Origin: an uncultured Muribaculaceae bacterium
Lineage (GTDB): Bacteria; Pseudomonadota; Alphaproteobacteria; Rs-D84
NCBI GenBank assembly: GCA_965231035.1
Contig: OZ246409.1
Location: forward strand, 481,101-513,100
Reading direction: 5' to 3'
Length of the DNA stretch: 32,000 bases
Positions 28,518 through 32,000 of this stretch are shown in pieces. How positions within the stretch are numbered: the first letter of the stretch is position 1; every line of letters starts with the position of its first letter. Under the pieces are notes generated by a model that made no database searches, was not told where the DNA came from, and worked only from the letters and a program-made list of their open reading frames with translations. The translations under genes and the position numbers were made by a program.

Positions 28518-30140
28518 TTACAAAACTATTGATTCTAAACGTTCTATGGATTTTTTTATTTCTGTATCAATTGCAGCTATCTTGGTTCTAACAGTTTCAT
28601 CACCACCCAATAATTTTGCGGTTAATTCTTTTTTCTGAGCGTTTAATTTTTCCAGATATTTTTTTAGTTTTAATGAAACAATAAATTTTTCTGCATCTTG
28701 CAGGTTAATATCAACACTACCGCCACCAACCCCATCAAAAGATATATTCAAAGTTGCCAAAAATTCCGCATGTATTTCTGCCAGGTCCGGATATTTTTCA
28801 ACAATTGCACGCAATGTTCCCACAGTAATTTTATCTATTTCTGGAACCGCTATATCTGGTAATTTTTTCTTTTTATCCCATTTGTGCCATTGATTAAATT
28901 TACGGCTGTTAAATTCTTTTTCGAATTCAGATCTTAAATCTGGGTCTTTGATTTTTTCTAATTCTTTTTTAATAAATTTCTCGGCTTGGCTGCGACCACC
29001 TGGGGTTGAAATTAAAAAGCTTTTATTAACAAGGTTCCAAAAGAAATCAACAAACGCTTCGGCAGAATCAATAATCTTTTTCATAGATTCAATACCGTTT
29101 TTGCATTTCAAAACCTCGTCAGGGTCTTTACCACCAGTCATAAAAGCAAATTTAACATCAGAAGTATCACGCAAAAATGGTAAAATTATTGAACATGCGC
29201 GTGCTGCTGCCTTTTGACCCGCCGCATCACCGTCAAAACAAAAAGTTATATTTCTGTTCAGTTTACACAAAATTCCGATATGGTCTTCGGTCAATGCAGT
29301 GCCAAGTGGTGCAACTGTTTCGCCAAAACCATGAACCTGCATTTGTATTGCGTCAATTTGTCCTTCGACAACAATACTGCGATTGGTTCTGTGAATTGAT
29401 TCGCGTGCAAAGTTCAAACCAAATATAGTTTTTCTTTTATGAAACAATTCAGTATCTACAGTGTTTATATATTTTGGTTCAGATCCATCCAAACTGCGAC
29501 CTGAAAAAGCAACAACCTGGCCCATTGGATTAAAAATTGGAAACATTAATTTTTCACGGAAAAAGTCATAATTTCCGTATTCTCCCCTGCGAACCAATCC
29601 GGTTGCAGAAAGTTTTTCAAATGGAGTGGTTGCAAATTTTGCAGAAATTACATTGTTTTTTGGTGCGTAACCAATACCATATCTTTTTATAATTTCATCA
29701 GAAAATCCACGACCACGGATATATTCCAAAGCATTACGGCCATCCGGTTCAAACAGTTTTTTTTGATATACATTTGCTGCCGCCGTCATAATATCAATAT
29801 ACGAATCTTCACGCGCTTTTTCTTCTGTGGTTTTTTGTTTAAATTCAGGAACTTTTAATCCCGCCATATTTGCCAGCTCACCAATAGCAGCACGAAAATC
29901 CATATTGTTGGATTTCATTGTGAATGAAATTATATCGCCATGTTCGCCACAGCCAAAACAGTGGTAAAATCCTTTTTCTTCGTTAACAGAAAAACTGGGT
30001 GTTTTTTCATTATGAAATGGACAGCAACCCCAGTAATTTTGACCTTTTTTTGCCAAGGGTACACGTTTACCAACAACGTCCACAATTGATAGACGTTCAC
30101 GTAGTTCATCAGTAAAATTGCGGTCATAATTATTTGGCAT
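28518..30140 (-). CDS. dnaG: DNA primase
   Basis: 540 aa. Zinc ribbon CPFHNEKTPSF...HCFGCGEHGD. Toprim motifs VVEGQIDAI and DGDAAGQKAA. Confidence 0.95.
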   Translation of the reverse strand: MPNNYDRNFTDELRERLSIVDVVGKRVPLAKKGQNYWGCCPFHNEKTPSFSVNEEKGFYHCFGCGEHGDIISFTMKSNNMDFRAAIGELANMAGLKVPEFKQKTTEEKAREDSYIDIMTAAANVYQKKLFEPDGRNALEYIRGRGFSDEIIKRYGIGYAPKNNVISAKFATTPFEKLSATGLVRRGEYGNYDFFREKLMFPIFNPMGQVVAFSGRSLDGSEPKYINTVDTELFHKRKTIFGLNFARESIHRTNRSIVVEGQIDAIQMQVHGFGETVAPLGTALTEDHIGILCKLNRNITFCFDGDAAGQKAAARACSIILPFLRDTSDVKFAFMTGGKDPDEVLKCKNGIESMKKIIDSAEAFVDFFWNLVNKSFLISTPGGRSQAEKFIKKELEKIKDPDLRSEFEKEFNSRKFNQWHKWDKKKKLPDIAVPEIDKITVGTLRAIVEKYPDLAEIHAEFLATLNISFDGVGGGSVDINLQDAEKFIVSLKLKKYLEKLNAQKKELTAKLLGGDETVRTKIAAIDTEIKKSIERLESIVL

Positions 30141-30152
30141 TAACTTTTTATT

Positions 30153-32000
30153 CTATTTCTTTCTACCCCAGGATTTTTTAGCACTTGGTTTTTTATTGTT
30201 AATTAAATCAGCAGCGGTTGCCAAATCAGGTTGCTCTTTCACACTGACATTAACTTTGTTTGATGAAATGTATGCACCATAACGACCTTCGGCATAATAC
30301 AAAATAGGTTTATCTGTTTTTGGGTTGATGCCCAACTCGATACCTTCGGCTTTTTTCTTTTCCCCAGATAAGAGTTCATTAGCAATTTCTAAAGTAATTG
30401 TGTCAGCATTATATTTTTTTGCAGATGCGTTTTTTTTGCCATCTGTAACATATGGGCCAAAACGACCGGTTTTGAATTTAATTCCATTACCTAAATCTTT
30501 TTCTGATGCACCGGCTTTTTCTTCAGAATTTTCACCATTTACCGGCATATTTGACAGTTTTTGAGTATAATCACAAGTTGGATAGTTTGAACAACCTATA
30601 AAAGCACCATATTTAGACAACTTTAAAGAAAGTGCTCCACCACATTTTGGACACTTATCGCCGGCTTTTTTGAATAAATGTTCATACATGTTTTTATTAA
30701 TTTCATCAATAATTTCGGTTGTTTTAATGTCTTTTGCGGAATCAATCATCTTTTGGGTTGGTTGCCAAAACTCGGATAAAGCCGGTGTTTTTGCAACTTT
30801 TCCATTTGAAACATCGTCCAAAGTATCTTCGGTCTTAGCAGTAAAATTAACATCAACCAGGTCAGGAAAATACTTTGACAGATATGCAGCAATGACCCAA
30901 CCGCCTGATGTTGGCGAAAAACGGCGCTGTTTATCCTGTTCTACATAGTTTCTATCAACAATAGTGCTCATAATAGCAGCATAAGTTGATGGTCGACCTA
31001 TTCCAAGCTCTTCCAGCTTTTTTACCAGTGAAGCTTCGGTATATTTGGCTGGCGGTTGAGTGAAATGTTGATCTGGGGTCAGTTTTTTAATAGTTATAAA
31101 ATCACCCACAGATAATGTTGGTAATTTTTCTTCAGCGTCATCATCAGATGAATCATCAGTATCTTCTTGATAAACCTTCATAAATCCATCAAATGTTCGG
31201 GTTGTTCCAACCGCATGAAAGGTGGCTAACTTTTTATTATCTTGAATATCCACAGAAACACTGTCAAATTCGGCGTTTGTCATTTGGCATGCAATTGTGC
31301 GTTTCCAAATAAGGTCATAAAGTTTTATTTCATCACCTTCTGCGCTGCAAGCCGCAGAATCAAAGTGTGTAGGGCGAATTGCTTCGTGGGCTTCTTGGGC
31401 ATTTTTTGACTTAGTTACATATATATTTGGTGTTTCTGGCAGGAAGTTTTTACCGTATTCATGTTCAATAAAGCCCTGAATTCCGGTAATACTGTCAATA
31501 GACAGGTTGGTTGAATCGGTTCTCATATAGGTTATTAGACCTTGCTCATAAAGTCGCTGGGCGGCAGCCATAGTGCGTTTGGAGCTGAAATAAAGCTTCC
31601 TGGCAGCCTCTTGTTGAAGGGTGCTGGTAGTGAACGGAGCCGCAGGTTTTCGGGATATTTTGCGTTTTTCTAGTAAAATTACAGATGCGGCAATAGGTAC
31701 TTGCAATTTTGATAAAATATTATCCATTTGACCCTTAGATTCAATGGTCATCTTGTCGATTTTTTGCCCGTTTTCTGCGAAAAGTTTGGCATTAAAGGAA
31801 TTTTGTCCTTTTTCGCATATTGCGGTCAGTGACCAATACTCTTTTGGTACAAATTTTTCGATTTCTCGCTCGCGATCTACCACTAATTTGACCGCAACTG
31901 ACTGTACACGACCAGCAGATTTTCCCAGATTCCTGCGCCATAGAAGCGGAGAAATGCCAAAACCAATCAAATAATCCAAAGCACGGCGTACAAGATAGGC
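30153..32000 (-). CDS. topA: DNA topoisomerase I (N-terminus lies beyond the window end)
   Basis: The frame stays open to nt 32000 (…RALDYLIGFGISPLLWRR). Active-site region ITYMRTDST, Zn ribbon CPKCGG...CSNYPTCDY, Lys-rich C-terminal tail. Confidence 0.95.
   Translation of the reverse strand, partial: AYLVRRALDYLIGFGISPLLWRRNLGKSAGRVQSVAVKLVVDREREIEKFVPKEYWSLTAICEKGQNSFNAKLFAENGQKIDKMTIESKGQMDNILSKLQVPIAASVILLEKRKISRKPAAPFTTSTLQQEAARKLYFSSKRTMAAAQRLYEQGLITYMRTDSTNLSIDSITGIQGFIEHEYGKNFLPETPNIYVTKSKNAQEAHEAIRPTHFDSAACSAEGDEIKLYDLIWKRTIACQMTNAEFDSVSVDIQDNKKLATFHAVGTTRTFDGFMKVYQEDTDDSSDDDAEEKLPTLSVGDFITIKKLTPDQHFTQPPAKYTEASLVKKLEELGIGRPSTYAAIMSTIVDRNYVEQDKQRRFSPTSGGWVIAAYLSKYFPDLVDVNFTAKTEDTLDDVSNGKVAKTPALSEFWQPTQKMIDSAKDIKTTEIIDEINKNMYEHLFKKAGDKCPKCGGALSLKLSKYGAFIGCSNYPTCDYTQKLSNMPVNGENSEEKAGASEKDLGNGIKFKTGRFGPYVTDGKKNASAKKYNADTITLEIANELLSGEKKKAEGIELGINPKTDKPILYYAEGRYGAYISSNKVNVSVKEQPDLATAADLINNKKPSAKKSWGRKK

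Overview
AT-rich (roughly two-thirds A+T by eye), very compact Gram-negative chromosome segment. Gene content and order fit a host-associated alphaproteobacterium of the Rickettsiales/Holosporales type; this placement is inference only. The housekeeping backbone is: ftsA-like::rpe read-through ORF, tsaE, uvrB, an AsmA-family protein, aspS, tRNA-Thr(GGU), tRNA(CAU), a PagL-like lipid A deacylase, ung, gyrB, lpxC, lpxK, a DUF374 protein, initiator tRNA-fMet, rpmJ (missing from the ORF track), ychF, dnaG and topA (partial). Accessory or unusual content embedded in it: (1) A self-contained four-gene type IVb-pilus-like motor operon (PilO/BfpC-like, PilP/BfpU-like, GspE-family ATPase, PilC/GspF-family platform). 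It has its own promoter and terminators but no pilin, secretin or prepilin peptidase. (2) An orphan virB3-virB4 pair plus a secreted HExxH protein, lying directly 3' of tRNA-fMet. (3) Three small genes translationally chained between gyrB and ung: MazG-like NTP pyrophosphatase, HhH-GPD-like glycosylase, YunG-like protein. (4) A stand-alone divergent RusA-like nuclease. (5) A short stand-alone SufD-like protein. (6) A frame-independent over-represented oligomer, (C)AAAAA(A)GCCGG(T), with nine exact copies. (7) A GC-rich structured island between tRNA-Thr and aspS. No CRISPR array, transposase or integrase was recognised.
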